Assembly: GCA_026770705.1 (NCBI GenBank)
Contig: JANJGN010000032.1
Coordinates: 14,632,001-14,696,000 of the forward strand
Direction of reading: 5' to 3'
DNA from: Isurus oxyrinchus
Lineage: Eukaryota
DNA length: 64,000 nt
The number at the start of each line of letters is the position of its first letter. The first letter of the stretch is position 1. The translations under genes were made by a program, and so were the position numbers. This document shows positions 27,293 to 40,423 of the stretch, in pieces. The notes under the pieces are model-generated. The model was given only the letters and a program-made list of their open reading frames with translations, did no database searches and had not been told where the DNA came from.

Positions 27293-28289
27293 AGGAACTG
27301 GGATGCTATCACTAGGATGCTATCTAAGATAAAGAATGTGTCGATAAACATAGGGAAATTATAACTTGGATACAAATCATTACACATGAAAAAGAGGTTG
27401 TTTTAATTCTGATAGTGTAAATTACAGTTCTTACAAGGTTTAAAAAATTTGAGGTTTGGTTCCTGATAATTTCTCAAAAGGGAATTTTCATTTTAAAAGG
27501 TTTGACAACAATTGGCATTAATTCAAATGCTGCAAGCTTTTGTGTTTGTAAGTCTGTTCCCAAAATGTGAAGTTAAGCTCAAGATCTTGACAAAGTTTGG
27601 CAGAAATCCATTTTTTGGCCGAGTTAATGAATCTGGGATAATGCAAAAAAAAAGAAAAAAAAGTCAGACATAATTTAGTGGGACAATAAGATGTTGTTTG
27701 AGAAGAAGATAAGGAAGCAAAACATGTCAATGTTTGATTTCTGTTTTAAAACTGTTATGAGAATATTTTATTGGACTGTAAAGTCTCTCCAGACAACCTG
27801 AACAAGATAAGATGGCCATCAACTGAGGCATTGGAACTGCCTAAAGAGTAAGGAAACATTTTAAACAATCAAGACAATAGAGAAACTGAACTCAAGAGAA
27901 TCTTAGGATGATCATGGTCAAGAAAAAAAAAACTTAAGAGGTAAAACTACATGGAATCTGTAGTTCAGGAATTGAAATGTAAGGAGAAATAATACTTAAC
28001 AACAATTTACCACAAGATGGATCCAAGTGAAGGGAAAGCTGGGAAAAGGCTAAATAGATGCATTACTGACTATATTAAGGTGCCTGCAAGCTACAAAGAG
28101 TAAGACCACAGGATTAATACCTTGATGACAGACAGAGTTAAGCGGTTCCCAGAGAAAACCATCACTGGGAGTGAAGATACTGAGCCATTGAAAGAAAGGA
28201 TAAGAAGGTGCACTGTAGAGTTGTGTTGGCAGTTTAAGGAATTGAGGCCTGACATGAGACAGCAGCAGGAGAAAGTAAACTGGAAGGAA

Positions 28290-30067
28290 TGGAGGTGCCT
28301 ACCCAGATGGATTCAGATCAGGGAACTCATTTCACAGGTAGAGTCATTAAAGAAGTGTATAATCTTATGGAGATTAAACAGAAATTCCATATTCCTTACC
28401 ACCCTCAGAGTCCAGGGATGGTGGAAAAGATAAACTGAACTTTAAAAACAACTATAGCCTAAGCAATTCAGGAGACAGGCAACAGCTGGGCCACTGTATT
28501 GCCCAGCATTCTGATATGCCTTAGGGCTACACCAAATAGGACTACCAGGTTCACCGCATTGAATTGGTAACAGGTAAGGGCCGTGCAATTACCTGAAGGC
28601 ATTATAGTAGGAGGTGTAGGGCCACTGAAAGGAAAAATACAGGACAATGTAAGGGAATTAAGTAGGCAATAACATGAGTTGAGAGAGGAAGTTAGAGACT
28701 GACAGATGATTAAGGATATGGAAACAGGCAAATCCAAAGAGCAACAACGGACCCCTCCAAGTGGGGAAAAAGGTGATGGCTAGGGTGAGCTCGAAGCGAA
28801 CAGGCATGGACCATACGAGGTAATTATGACAGGTGATACATGCGCACTTGTAGATATGAGAACGAGAGCCGATGTTAATGTCTCCACAGATCTACGATCC
28901 TGGTCATCGGCGTATCAGTACTGGCAACAATGTTGGGGATCATCACTGCTCATCCCTCACCGCAGGAGGAACTTTGGTACAGCACGGACAGTGCCGAATG
29001 CAACACGCAACGGGGAATGATAAATGTAACAGTAGGAGAACAAGTGCTTTCAAATTGTAGTAAGGGTTTGCTTCAGATCGGGCATGGGAGGTCCGCCACT
29101 ATCCAGCCACCTTCCACATCTACTTTCACAGTCCGAGTAGAGATAATTGAAGCCCCTAAAAACCACACTGACTGACCCATCTTGTCCGACTATGCATCCA
29201 GGACCAACGAATGGTTTGGTACTGGTTAATCAGAAGTTTTGTATGATAATGTACACCATGAGCTGGTACCCGTAGTCTTGAATGTATCCGGAATCATCCT
29301 GCCTCTGTGGTGCTCAACCCATACCCAAGCACTCTATACATCTCTGACGCGCCAGTTGATGACTGAAGCAGTTCAGTTCAATGGCGAGATGTGATCAGGC
29401 TTGGGAGGGAACTGCGTTAAGCGCAGCCTGATAAAGGATGCCGCTACGATATTCAATATAGGGACATCATTGGTTAATCCAAAGCCTGGCTACCATGCTC
29501 GAAAGTCATGTGGGGACTATCAATAAATTAACTGAAGTAGGGAAAAATATTTCAGACGAAGTGAGCAGAAATGATGTATGCAACACCAATGGATCTTGGG
29601 CACTGGAACAAGCCTGAGAAAACTTAACACAGATTAAAGAAGGGGTAGGCCCTTTATGGGTAACTAATGAGCATTTATTGAATCTCTTAAGACACAAGAA
29701 TCATGACTTGACCGGTTGCCAGCTCAGGGGTTTAACACGTTTATGTAGAATGAATGTTGAATGTATAGTGAATGGTAATATACTAATAGGCATTGTATTA
29801 GTAATACCTGTCACACCTATGTCAATGACATAACCCAGGCAAGACGCTCACAGTGACTACTGGTATGGGACCCCAGCCGTGGGGCCCATTTGTACACCTA
29901 CAAATGGACTTTATACAAATGCCTAAATGTATGGAATATAATTATGTTTTAGTTCTGGTATGTTTGTTCTCACAATGGGTGGAGGCGTATCCCACCCGAT
30001 GAAATGATGCTGTTATTGTTGTAAAATTGTTGTTGTGTGAATACATACCCAGATTTGGGATACCCGA
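28290..30067 (+). pseudogene. Duplicate integrase B, env B and integrase A core
   Basis: Same motifs as 42067-44480 on the opposite strand. The furin site reads CVKR in this copy. Confidence 0.85.
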
Positions 30068-31507
30068 AGGTGTTCTGCAAAGAGGTCACCCAGTCTGTGT
30101 TTGGTCTCTCCAATGTAGAGGAAACTGCATTGGGAGCAGTGAATGCTGTAGACTAAATTGAAGGAAGTGCAAGTGAAATGCTGCTTCACTTGAAAGGGGT
30201 GTTTGGGCCCTTGGACGGTGAGGAGAGGAGAAGTAAAGGGGCAGGTGTTGCACCTTCTGTGGTTGCATGGGAAGGTGCCGCGGGAGGGGGTTGAGGAGTA
30301 GGGGGTGATGGAGGAGTGGACCAGGGTGTCCTGGGGGGAAAGATCCCTGCGGAATGCCGCCGGGGGTTGAAGGGAAGATGTGTTTGGTGTTAGCATCATG
30401 ATGGAGTTGGCGGAAAGTTCCAACCCACTCCAACTTCAACTTTTCCGCCAACTCCAGCATGATGCCACCACCAAACACATCTTCCCTTCACCCCCCCCCC
30501 GGCGGCATTCCACAGGGATCGTTCCCTCTGTGACACCCTGGTCCACTCCTCCATCATCCCCTACACCTCAACCCCCTCCCGCGGCATCTTCCCATACAAC
30601 TGCAGAAGGTACAACAGCTGCCCCTTTACTTCCCTTCTCCAAGGGCCCAAACACTCATTTCAAGTGAAGCAGCATTTCACTTGCATTTCCCTCAACTTAG
30701 TCTACTGCATTCATTCCTCCCAATGCGGTTTCCTCTACATTGGAGAGACCAAACACAGACTGGGTGACTTCTTTGCATAACACATTCGGTCTGTCCGCAA
30801 GCATGACCCAGACCTCCCTGTCACTTGCCATTTGAACACAGCACCCTTGCTAGGCCACTTCAGAGGGCAGTTAAGAGTCAACCATGTCTGTCCTTGGCCT
30901 GCTGCATTGTTCCAATGAAGCTCAATGCAAACTGGAGGAACAGCACCTCATCTTCCGATGAGGCACTTTACAGCCTTCCGGACTGAATATTGAGTTCAAC
31001 AATTTTAGATCATGATCTCTATCCTCCATCCCCACCCCTTTTCCGATCCCCCCCTTTTTTTCCAATAATTTATATAGATTTTTCTTTTCCCACCTATTTC
31101 CATCCATTGTTTTATCTCTACCTTTTAGCCTATTTCGATCCCTTCCCTTCACCCCACCCCACCCCCACTAGGGCTATCTGTACCTTGCTCATCCTGCTTT
31201 CTACCCTCAATTAGCACATTCCTTAGATAATATCACCACCTGCAACACCTCTTTGTCCTTTTGTCTGTGACATCTTCTGGTTATCTCCACCTCTCACTGG
31301 CCCTCTATCCAGCTCTACCTGTCCCACCACCGACCCCCCCCTTAAACTAGCTTATATTTCACCTCTTTTCTATTTTTACTTAGTTCTGTTGAAGAGTCAT
31401 ACGGACTTGAAACGTTAACTGTGTTCCTCTCCGCAGACCTGCTGAGCTTTTCCAGGTATCTTTATGTTTGTTTTGGGTTTCCAGCATCCGCAGTTTTTTG
31501 CTTTTAT
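30068..31507. mobile_element. Penelope P2, inverted arms (30068-30419 minus; 30438-31507 plus)
   Basis: GIY-YIG coding remnants on both arms. The tail at 31470-31507 is followed by TCATATATTTAAGT. Confidence 0.9.
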
Positions 31508-31536
31508 CATATATTTAAGTACAGGCTGTCCTCTGT

Positions 31537-31985
31537 GTGTCAGCTGTGGTTCAGTTAGTAGCACCCTTGTCTCTGGATCTCTGTTCAAGCCCCATGCCAG
31601 GGCTTGAACACAAAATCAAAGCTGATACTCTGTTGTAGTATTGGGGGAGTGCTCCACTGTTGGAGGTGCTGTCTTTCAATAAATTGTGAAACCGAGGGCC
31701 CCATCTACCTGCTTGGGTGGATGTTAAAGATCCCATGGCACCATTTCAAAGAAGAGCAGGGGAGTTATCCTCAGTGTCCTGGCCAATATTTATTCTTCAA
31801 TCAACATTGCAAACCAGATTATCCAGCCATGATCACATTGCTGTTTATGGGAGTCTGCTGTGTGTAAATTGGCTGTTGTGTTTCCTACATTACAACAGTG
31901 ACGACACTTCAAAAAGCATCTCATTGGCTGTAAAGTGCTTTGAAATGTCCAGTGTTGTTTAAAGTGCTATGTAAATATGTCTTTA
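31537..31985 (+). mobile_element. Deu-domain SINE (SacSINE1/AmnSINE-like)
   Basis: tRNA-like head and core AAAGATCCCATGGCAC..GAAGAGCAGGGGAGTT..GTGTCCTGGCCAATATTTAT (recalled consensus). Confidence 0.75.
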
Positions 31986-32824
31986 TTTTTCTATTCTGTT
32001 TCCATTTCTCCATATTGGCGGAGAGTGAACTTTCTGCTCCCCTTTGCACAGTTCCGTGGGAATTGTGACAGACCATTTCATCCGAAGGATGGCACCTCAA
32101 CATAGTAGAGCTCAGGTCCTGGAGTAGAGTTCACTTCCACAACCTTTTGACCCAGGAGGTGAGAACACTACTGACTGAGCCAAGCTGGTAACACGCTACC
32201 ACTGATTTTGCTGTCGCCATTTTAAAGTAACTTCCATCCAGCCTTTATCGGAGTAATTTTTTAAAATAAAAACAGAGAATGCTGGAAAAACTCATCAGGT
32301 CTGGCAACATCTGAGGAGAGAGAAACAGTTAACATTTCGAGTCTGTATGACTCTGGCTGACTGAAGTCAAGCCAACAGAAGTTCCAACGAAATTTATGAG
32401 TTGGAACTTAAAAAAAAATGTATTTAACTTCTGACAAAACTTATTTGTGCAGCCAGGAGGAGAGCGGAGTCAGGTAAACCTACAAGGATACAATCAGGTA
32501 TCTCTTTGTAAAAGGGGCAACACAAACTAAGAGGTGGAATCTAGCCTTCCTAAACTAATTTTTGTTAAGCAGAAGTTAACAAATCGAATCAGAATGGTAA
32601 AATCCAGGCAAGTTATAACAAATTTTCAAGTGGTTTCCACTGATCACAAAAGGTGTCCAGTAGAACTTTAATAGGTTGTATTTTGTGTAGGCCTTTAAAA
32701 ATATTGGGGGAAAACCTGGCTCCACAGTGTCTTCTCTTAAAAAAGCAACAGCATTAATGTTTCATGGGGTGGGAGGGGTGGTTGTTGGGTTCAGGACTAC
32801 CTAAGATGAATTTTTTTATCAAAA

Positions 32825-33050
32825 ATAGGGAATTCAGAAGAAACTCCTTTACCCAGAGAGTGATGAAGAATGTAGAACTCGTGAGTAGTTGAGGTGAATA
32901 GCATAGATGCATTTATGGGGAAACTGGATAAGCACATGATGGAGAAGGGAATAGAGTGTTCTGATAATAAGAGTTAGCAAGGACTGGTTGGGCCATTTGT
33001 TCGATTTCTATGCTGTTTATTCTATGTAATTCTATGTAAATCTATGTAAT
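32825..33050 (+). mobile_element. CR1 3' end with (ATTCTATGT)n tail
   Basis: FTQRV remnant and a tandem tail at 33020-33050. Confidence 0.65.
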
Positions 33051-33082
33051 TAAAATGTTAAATATTAGAAACTGCAGACACA

Positions 33083-33833
33083 GGGCAGAATCTTGTGCTG
33101 TCGCTGGTTGTGAGCTTGGAAACGGGAAGGATGGTGGCGTACAGGAACCCCACTGCATTCACCAGAATTAAATTCTGGGTGAGAAGGTCCATGGTCGACC
33201 TTCCTGCCCCACCACCTATCGAGGCCCTTAAGTGGTCAATTAATGGCCACTTCAAGGCCTCATCCTGCCGCCATTGGTATTAACACAGCTGTGGGCCAAC
33301 CTGTCACCATGAGGTGTGAATGACAGGTAAAATTGTGCAGTCAGCTTGTCACCTCCAGGAGGAGGGTGGGGTGGGGTGGCGATGCATTCGATTAAAGGTG
33401 CCTGATTGAGGGACTGGACATTGGGAAGGATGGGGGGGTCCACTGAGACCCGGCCCCTGCCCTGGCTGCCGATCCCTCTGCCCTGTTCTTGCTGCAACCC
33501 CAACCCCATGAAACCACCTCCCCGCCCAACCCCCACCACATTACTTACCTGTGGCTTGGGTCACTCCACGAACCTGGGACCCCATTGCCTGTCCTTCCGG
33601 CAGCAGTCACAGCCACCCCACTGGCGCTGCTGAGCACAAGAGCCTCTGATTGGCTGGCAGCTCTTGGAATGGTGAGACATCTGCCGCCAGGGTCTTGTTT
33701 CCAGGGGAGGACCCGCCATTGGCCTCGCCACTGCCTGATTGGCTTGTGGTTCAGTGAAAAGAGGCAACACAGGTCTCTTACCAGTTCTCCAGCCAGCAGG
33801 CGAGACCCCCAACGCCTCAACAAGATTCCACCC
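33083..33833. mobile_element. Harbinger-type MITE
   Basis: TIRs GGGCAGAATCTT/AAGATTCCACCC and TSD ACA on both sides. A related fragment lies at ~13570-14230. Confidence 0.8.
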
Positions 33834-34589
33834 ACAGTTACAATGAGTCACAGAGAGTATTTGACAACCAAACACTCGGGTATTTTTCTTTCTCTATCCA
33901 GTGCACAACAGTAAAAACCTGAAAATATTTTGAACACTTTGAGGATTTTTTTTCTCTTGAATGCTGGACTCAGGCCCCAGCTACTGGTGTCAAATGTTCA
34001 GATCCTTGCTTGGCGATTGGTCTTGTCAAAGTTCCTTCATGAGTGAAGATGGTACCAAGCTTCAGGACCCATTGAAACTGGTTTGAAATGTATGAAGCAT
34101 ACAGTGGTTAACTATGCCTGACTCAAAGCACTCAGTATCATTAAGGCATCTTCTAATAAGATATGTTCTACAATCCTAAGCAATTGAATGATGAATAGGT
34201 GAGTTTTGGTCGATATTTTCAAGAGCTTCGTAAGTACAGGGGTTGTACCCAAGGACTAGAAAGTTGCTCATATAGCTGTAATATTCAAAAACAGGAGCCA
34301 GAACTAAGCAGCCTTAAACCAGTTAGCTTGGCACCTGTCATTAGAAATTATTTTGTCGGATACTTTACAAAACGTTATTGACATTGATCTGAAGAGTATT
34401 AAGGTCATAAGGGAAAGTCAGCATGGTTTTAGAAGACATGGATCATACTTCACAAATGGAGTGGGATTCTTTGAGAAGGCAACTAATTTAGTGGTTGAGA
34501 AATATCCAGCGATTGGAATTATTTGGATTTTCAGCAGGCATTTGATGAGGTTCCACATTTGAGACTTGAGAGAATATCGACTAACATAG

Positions 34590-34790
34590 ATAAAAGCAAA
34601 ATACTGAAGATGCTGGAAATCTGAAACAAAAACAGAAAATGCTGGAAAAACTCAGGTCTAACAGCATCTGTGGAGAAAAAGACAGAGTTAACGTTTGGAA
34701 TCAAGACGCCGGTGGCAGATGTCTCGCCATTCCAAGAGCTCTGAAGAAGAGTCATGCGGACTCGAAACGTTAACTCGGTCTTTCTCTCCA
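34590..34790. mobile_element. Mini Penelope with inverted arms and a foreign filler
   Basis: Tail arm 34590-34696 (-), filler 34697-34740, hammerhead-like arm (+). TSD TC(G/A)ACTAACATAG. Confidence 0.8.
34736..34776 (+). ncRNA. Minimal hammerhead-like motif (canonical CUGAAGA core)
   Basis: CUGAAGA-AGAGUC(AUGCG)GACUC-GAAA-CGUU-AACUC. Confidence 0.65.
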
Positions 34791-35024
34791 TCAACTAACA
34801 TAGTATTGTTGGTATAATAGCAGCACAGATAGCAAAGTGACTGGCAATAGAAAGCAGGTGATGATGATAAATGGAGATGCTCTGTCCTGGGGCAGTTTGA
34901 AGTGGAGTCCTAAAAGGCTCAGCTTTGGGTTCTTTTTCTTAACACTGTTGCTGGTATTATTAATAACGTTACAAAATGTGCTACTGACACCAAGCTGCAG
35001 TGTCTAACATACAGTGTAAAAGAC

Positions 35025-35477
35025 CACTGGGACCTTTCCAGAACCTAAGGAATTTTGAAAGATTACAACCAATGCATCCACTCTCTCTGCAGTCACTTCC
35101 TTTAAGACCCTAGGATTCAGGCCATCGGCCCAGGGGACTTCTGTTGAAGAGTCATACGGACTCGAAACGTTAACTGTGTTCCTCTCCGCAGATGCTGCCA
35201 GACCTGCTGAGTTTTTCCAGGTATTTTTATTTTTATTTTTGTTTTAGCCCGGGGGACTTGTCAGCTTTTAGTCCCATTAGTTTTCCCAGTACTTTTTCTC
35301 TAGTGATCATGATTGTTTTAAGTTCCTCCCTTCGTTTTGCCTCTTGATTTTCTGCTATTCTTGGGATTTTTTTTGTGCCTCCTACTGTGAAGGCAGATAC
35401 AAAACACTTGTTCAAAGTCTCTGCCATTTTCTTGTTTCCCATTATTAATTCCCCAGTCTCGCCCTCTGAGGGACCAA
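35025..35477 (-). mobile_element. CR1 ORF2 fragment
   Basis: MAETLNKCFVSAFT..VLGKLMGLKADKSPG. Carries a Penelope 3' insertion. Confidence 0.85.
35141..35246 (+). mobile_element. ~106-bp Penelope 3' end insertion
   Basis: Begins at the hammerhead-like motif. TSD GCCC(A/G)GGGGACTT at 35128-35140 and 35247-35259. Confidence 0.85.
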
Positions 35478-38084
35478 TGCAGGGGTTCCAATGAATGAAG
35501 GTTCAGTAGGCAAACACTTGTTAAACACAATGCATCGTAAGGAGTTATGATGAACCTCTCTTCATTTGGGCAGTAAACTTCATGTGGCACATAGAGTAGT
35601 GTGGGGTCCTTCTATCCATTGTAAGGAATACCATTTGCTAGCTGAAGCTGCAGAATGAGTGCATTGCATACTGGTATTGTTTCCTATGCATACTCCCTAA
35701 TAGCAGAATAGGATCAACTATGGGCGATGGCAGAAGAGCAAATGGTGGATTCTGTCTAAAGAGAGGAACTGATGGAACAGAATTGAGTAGAGACCAGAGG
35801 TGTGAAACATTCCATGTCCTGTTTGTGGTGCATGACCTTCTGATATTTGGTACAGAAGTCAAGATTGTCTTTTAACTTATTTTCACATGCCACAGACCTA
35901 CATTCAGTGCTGATCTTGACTATCAGCTTTTGGGGTCTGTGTCTTGTTCTGAAGCTGTTTGTCAGCTTCCGCTAGTTTTCTTGTTTGGCGTTCATGTTTT
36001 ACAACAACAATTTTTATTTATATAACACCTTTAACATAGCCCAAGTCCCAAGGTCCTTTGCATTGCATTTTCATTGAACCACATCAGGAGTTATTAGGAC
36101 AGGTGACGAAAAGCTTAATCAAAGTGGTAGGTTTTAAGGAATGTCTTTAAGGAGGAGAGAGAGTTAGAGTGGCAGAGATGTTTAAGGGAGGGAATTAGTA
36201 AAGGAAAATACTGTACTAGAAATATCTTCAATAGTGCGAAACAGCTCCTTATAGATCTTGAGTTAATCAATCCAATTTTCACCCGGTCTCTACATGATTT
36301 TAAATAAAAAGGCACAGGATTCTTGGGAGCCAACGACACAGCTGGCACTGCTGTACAGGTAGGATTTCCTACACTTTAATAACTGAAGCTTAGGTAATAT
36401 TGGCAGGCATCTCAATCCAGGCTCAAGCCAACAACGATTCACTAATGCCAACTTTTTAGAAATATAAAGTCTTCAGCTTTAGTAGTTCCTGTTTATCTAT
36501 TGAAACAGTCTTGATTGATACTCTTGGGTTGAAGTCATTTTAATCCTGAATGCAGGACAAATTTTCCACGCCATTTTTTTTTGACAGCAACAGTCATCAC
36601 CCATTTGAAACAGGATTCTTTGATTGGCAGGATTTACTTCTGCCTGAACTTTAAATGAGTACTGCACTGTTAAGGGGGGCACACCTCAAAAAGGTGTGGG
36701 GTTGCTCGAAAGGAATTCACCTGTAAATGAATCATCTCCCTAAATATGAGGGAGCATTGTATCTGAAGGGTGAAGGAGGGTGTTGGGGTGGGAAAAGTAA
36801 CTGAGGGAACCTGGTTTAACTCCGGTGGAAAATTTCAGCTATGGCATAGTGAGGAGAGTAGTAAAAAAATGACAGGCTTTCCTGATGGGAAAGGCTTCAT
36901 ATTTTGAAAACATCCCTCTGAGCACCACTGATGTCAGTATGTTTCTGTAACAAGATAGACCTGAAGACCAGCACCACAAAGATCTGCTACTCATTGAGAA
37001 TGATTGCGAACCAATATTCAACACTGACAGGCTGCTGAGACAGCTTGGACTGCTGACTTTTGCCATACTGTTAGCATGACGCGAGTGAATTTAACCCTTC
37101 TGTGCAGCAAAGGCATTCATACTGAAGATCAAAAAAGGATACGTGAGCATCAGGTCTACTTATAGGTGACAACATGTTAAAAGTATGCTTTCTAGACTCA
37201 GTAACAATAGTTGTCTACTGAGACAGCCAGTTCAGGAATACTTGCTTGTTTTTGCAAGGGGCAGCAAGCTATAGACATTTACCACTCTGATAATTGTGCA
37301 TTGGGTGGTTAGCAGCTGAATAAGTGACCCAGCAGCATTCTGACAGTTGAGTTTGAATTGGCTGCTTGGCCGAACTTTAGCTTTAATACAGCTTGGCTTG
37401 GTGAAAGCTCAGATCGTAAGTGGGGGCATGCCAAGGCATGTGTAAAGACCAAGGAGGGGAAAACAACTTAATTCAAAATATTCTCTGTGGATGAAGAGTA
37501 ACTTCACTTCCTTAGAGGTATTAGTTACCTCTCTGCAATATTTTACTGAATCAATTCATACATTTTTACATTAAGTTATTTTGATGCAACACAGTACATG
37601 CAGAAATTTGTCACTAACAACCAGTGTGCTCCAAGTAGTGCACAGAGGGAATGAAACCTTGCATTCTTATTTAATATGGGTCTGTAGACAGTTTTGTGCT
37701 GTGGATTCATGTGTACTGAAAACTGGATTGAGATTATCTAAATTCTTTACATATTGCTGGCAGAGAGGTGGTGGCATAGTGGTATTATCACTGGACTACT
37801 ATTCCCATAATGCTCTGGGGACCTGGGTTTGAATCCCACCATAGCAGATGGTGAAATTTGTATTAAAGGCTGGTGAAGACCATGAAACCATTGTTGTAAA
37901 AACCCATCTGGTTCACTAATGTCCCATAGGGAAGGAAATCTGGCCTACATGTGATTCCACATGTTGGGTGTGGGGAGTCACTGTGAGTGATTGGGGCATC
38001 AGTTCTGTACATACCCAGGAGTTTGCCTAGGTTTTAATCTGGCTAGCATTTCCTGGGTAACTACCCAGGAAAGTACTGTGAAAA

Positions 38085-39679
38085 GATGGGCCCAGACCTG
38101 CTAGAAGTGTACGAGAGTATGCTCCTGGCTGGCAGTATGTCAGAATCCATGAGGAAAGGCATCATCACCCTCATCTACAAGCACAAGGGGGAAAGGGAGG
38201 AAATTTAGAAAATTGGCGACCCATTTCACTGTTGAATGTGGACTATAAAATTCTGTCCAAGGTCATCGTCAATCGGGTCAAATCCGCTCTGGAATTGGTG
38301 ATCCATCCTGACCAGACCTGCACTGTGCCGGGCAGGAAGATCTCTGACAGCCTCGTGCTGCTCAGGGATACGATTGCCTATGTACAGGACAGGGGTGTGG
38401 ATACCTGCCTCATCAGCCTGGATCAGGAGAAGGCCTTTGACAGAATATCGCACACCTACATGGTGGATGTGCTCTCCAAAATGGGGTTTGGGGAGGGAAT
38501 TCACAACTGAATCCAACTGCTCTACACTAACACCAGTAGCGCAGTCTCAATCAAAGGGTGGGGATCAGATAGCTTTCTTATTAAATCTGGAGTCAGGCAG
38601 GGCTGCCCTCTCTCCCCTGTCCTTTTTGTGTGTTGCATTGAACCCTTTGCTGATCCATCAGGAAGGATCCGGGCATAAGAGGAGTGACGATCCCAGGTAG
38701 TGGAGACACTCAGGTCAAAGCCTCCCTGTACATGGACGATGTCGCCGTCTTCTGCTCGGATCCGCTGTCAGTGCACAGACTGATCCACATCTGCGACCAG
38801 TTCGAACTGGCCTCGGGAGCCAAGGTAAATCGTGGGAAGAGCGAGGCCATGTTCTTTGGGAACTGGGCTGACCGATCCTTTGTCCCCTTCACAGTCAGGG
38901 CTGATGGCCTGAAGGTGCTGGGGATATGGTTCGGAGGGACCAGGGCACGCATTAGAAACTGGAAGGAGCGAGTGTCTATGGTGAAAAGGAAACTGGGCAT
39001 GTGGGAGCGACGGTCCCTCTCCATTGCAGGTAAGAACCTGGTCATCAGGTGTGAGGCACTCTCGCTGTTGCTGTACGTGGCGCAGGTCTGGCCCATTCCA
39101 CACTCCTGTGTGGTGGTGATCACCCGAGCCATCTTTCGTTTTATCTGGAGGTCAAAAATGGATCGTGTCCGCAGGGACGTGATGTACAAGCCTCTAAATA
39201 AAGGGGGAAAAAACGTGCCCAACATCGCCCTCATACCGATGGCCACCTTTGTGTGTGGCTGCCTCAAGCTGTACGTAGACCCTCGGTACGCAAACACCAA
39301 GTGTCACTACATGCTGAGGTTCTACCTGTCCCGGGTGTTGCGAAGGATGGGTCTGGCCACGCTGCCGCGGAACGCTCCAAGTAGTTGGACCGTGCTGTAC
39401 CACCTGTCCCTCGTGGAAAAATTTATGCAGAGAAACACCTTTGACCACAAGTCCATCAGGCAGTGGTCGGCATGTAATGTCCTAGAGGCCCTGAGGGAAA
39501 AGGAGAGGGTGGATCCTGTGGGAGATGGATCCCCAAGCAGTCTGTCAAAGTCATTTGGCAGAATGCCTCATTGCCAGAACTTTCCAACAAACACCAAGAT
39601 GTAGCTTGGCTGGTGGTGAGAAAGGCCCTCCCAGTCAGATCCTTCCTACACGCCAGGAGTCTCACCCCCTCTGCACGTT
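38085..39679 (+). mobile_element. Tx1/L1-clade LINE, 5'-truncated ORF2 (RT), part 1
   Basis: NWRPISLLNVDYKILSKVI..DQEKAFDRISH..SGVRQGCPLSP..LYMDD, with frameshifts and stops. Interrupted by the ERV. Confidence 0.92.
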
Positions 39680-40071
39680 TGTGGGAGAATAAAATACATA
39701 TACAGGATAACAAAGGGTTAAGTGGTTAAACTATATAATGGAATATTACAACAAAGTGTCCTTGAAACTAGGCCCATCCATTTTCTCACGAGCACATAAA
39801 ATAATAAACTAGTCGCGCTATCAGCTACCTTCCCAGACTAATGGGCGTCAGATGGGTTGTGCAAGTGTCAGATGTGGTTGTAAACTAAAAGAACTATTGT
39901 ATGCATGCCAAAAGATATGTACTTTTTTGCTATAACTATGCGTGTACTCTAATGCTTCTCAGAGTGCCGGCTAGCTCCGCTGTATGCTGCTGGGCTCTCC
40001 ATATCATGATTCAATAAAGACTTCCAAGACAAACCTCCTGGGTCCTAGTGTTCACTCCGTTTTCCGCGACA
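39680..40071 (+). repeat. ERV 5' LTR
   Basis: TG..CA ends, AATAAA near 40013, direct repeat of 46779-47172, followed by the PBS. Confidence 0.95.
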
Positions 40072-40074
40072 AAT

Positions 40075-40092
40075 TGGCGACGAGGATGGGAT
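40075..40092 (+). promoter_or_regulatory. Primer binding site, tRNA-Ser(GCU)
   Basis: TGGCGACGAGGATGGGAT lies 3 nt after the LTR and is complementary to the recalled vertebrate tRNA-Ser(GCU) 3' end ...AUCCCAUCCUCGUCGCCA. Confidence 0.88.
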
Positions 40093-40423
40093 CCGACTGA
40101 AGTCCAGCAGCCTCTTAAGTTGGAGAGGTAGTTAAAATTTTGAGCTGTCGGATCTCTAAAAAAAAAAGAACCCTCACGGAGAAAAGGAGGAACAACTCTC
40201 CTAAGTTAGGGAGAGTACGAACTGCATCCTGGCTGAAAGGGGGATTGCAGTGAATTAGCGTCCCAGCTGAAAGGGGGACGGCGAGTAAAAGGGTAGCTAC
40301 TGACCTAAGAGACTTAAGAGACCCAAAGAATTGGAGGACTTGTTAAGGAACTCTTAAACACCGGTGAGCGCATAGGTAGGGAAAACAGGCTGCGCTGTTA
40401 ATTGTGTTTCCTTTCTAGATATA

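Larger units (their letters stand above)
24565..30067 (-). repeat. Inverted segmental duplicate of ~42067-48210 (lacks the Penelope insert at 42344-42967)
   Basis: Mirror ORF pairs (26683-27141 vs 45633-46091; 28122-28433 vs 44341-44652). Paired coordinates sum to ~72774, or 72134 beyond the insert. Scattered substitutions separate the copies. Confidence 0.95.
34230..35030 (+). mobile_element. Degenerate CR1 RT fragment
   Basis: KPVSL..IRESQHGFR..FQQAFDEVPH. Carries the mini Penelope. Confidence 0.7.

Noticed and set aside
24565-30067. Left block as an independent second ERV insertion
   Set aside because: It shares the identical LTR/Tx1 junction and flanking Penelope with the right copy, so it is a duplication.
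31537-31620. tRNA-like sequences here and at 37766 and 50668
   Set aside because: Degenerate SINE heads followed by SINE bodies, with no intact cloverleaf.
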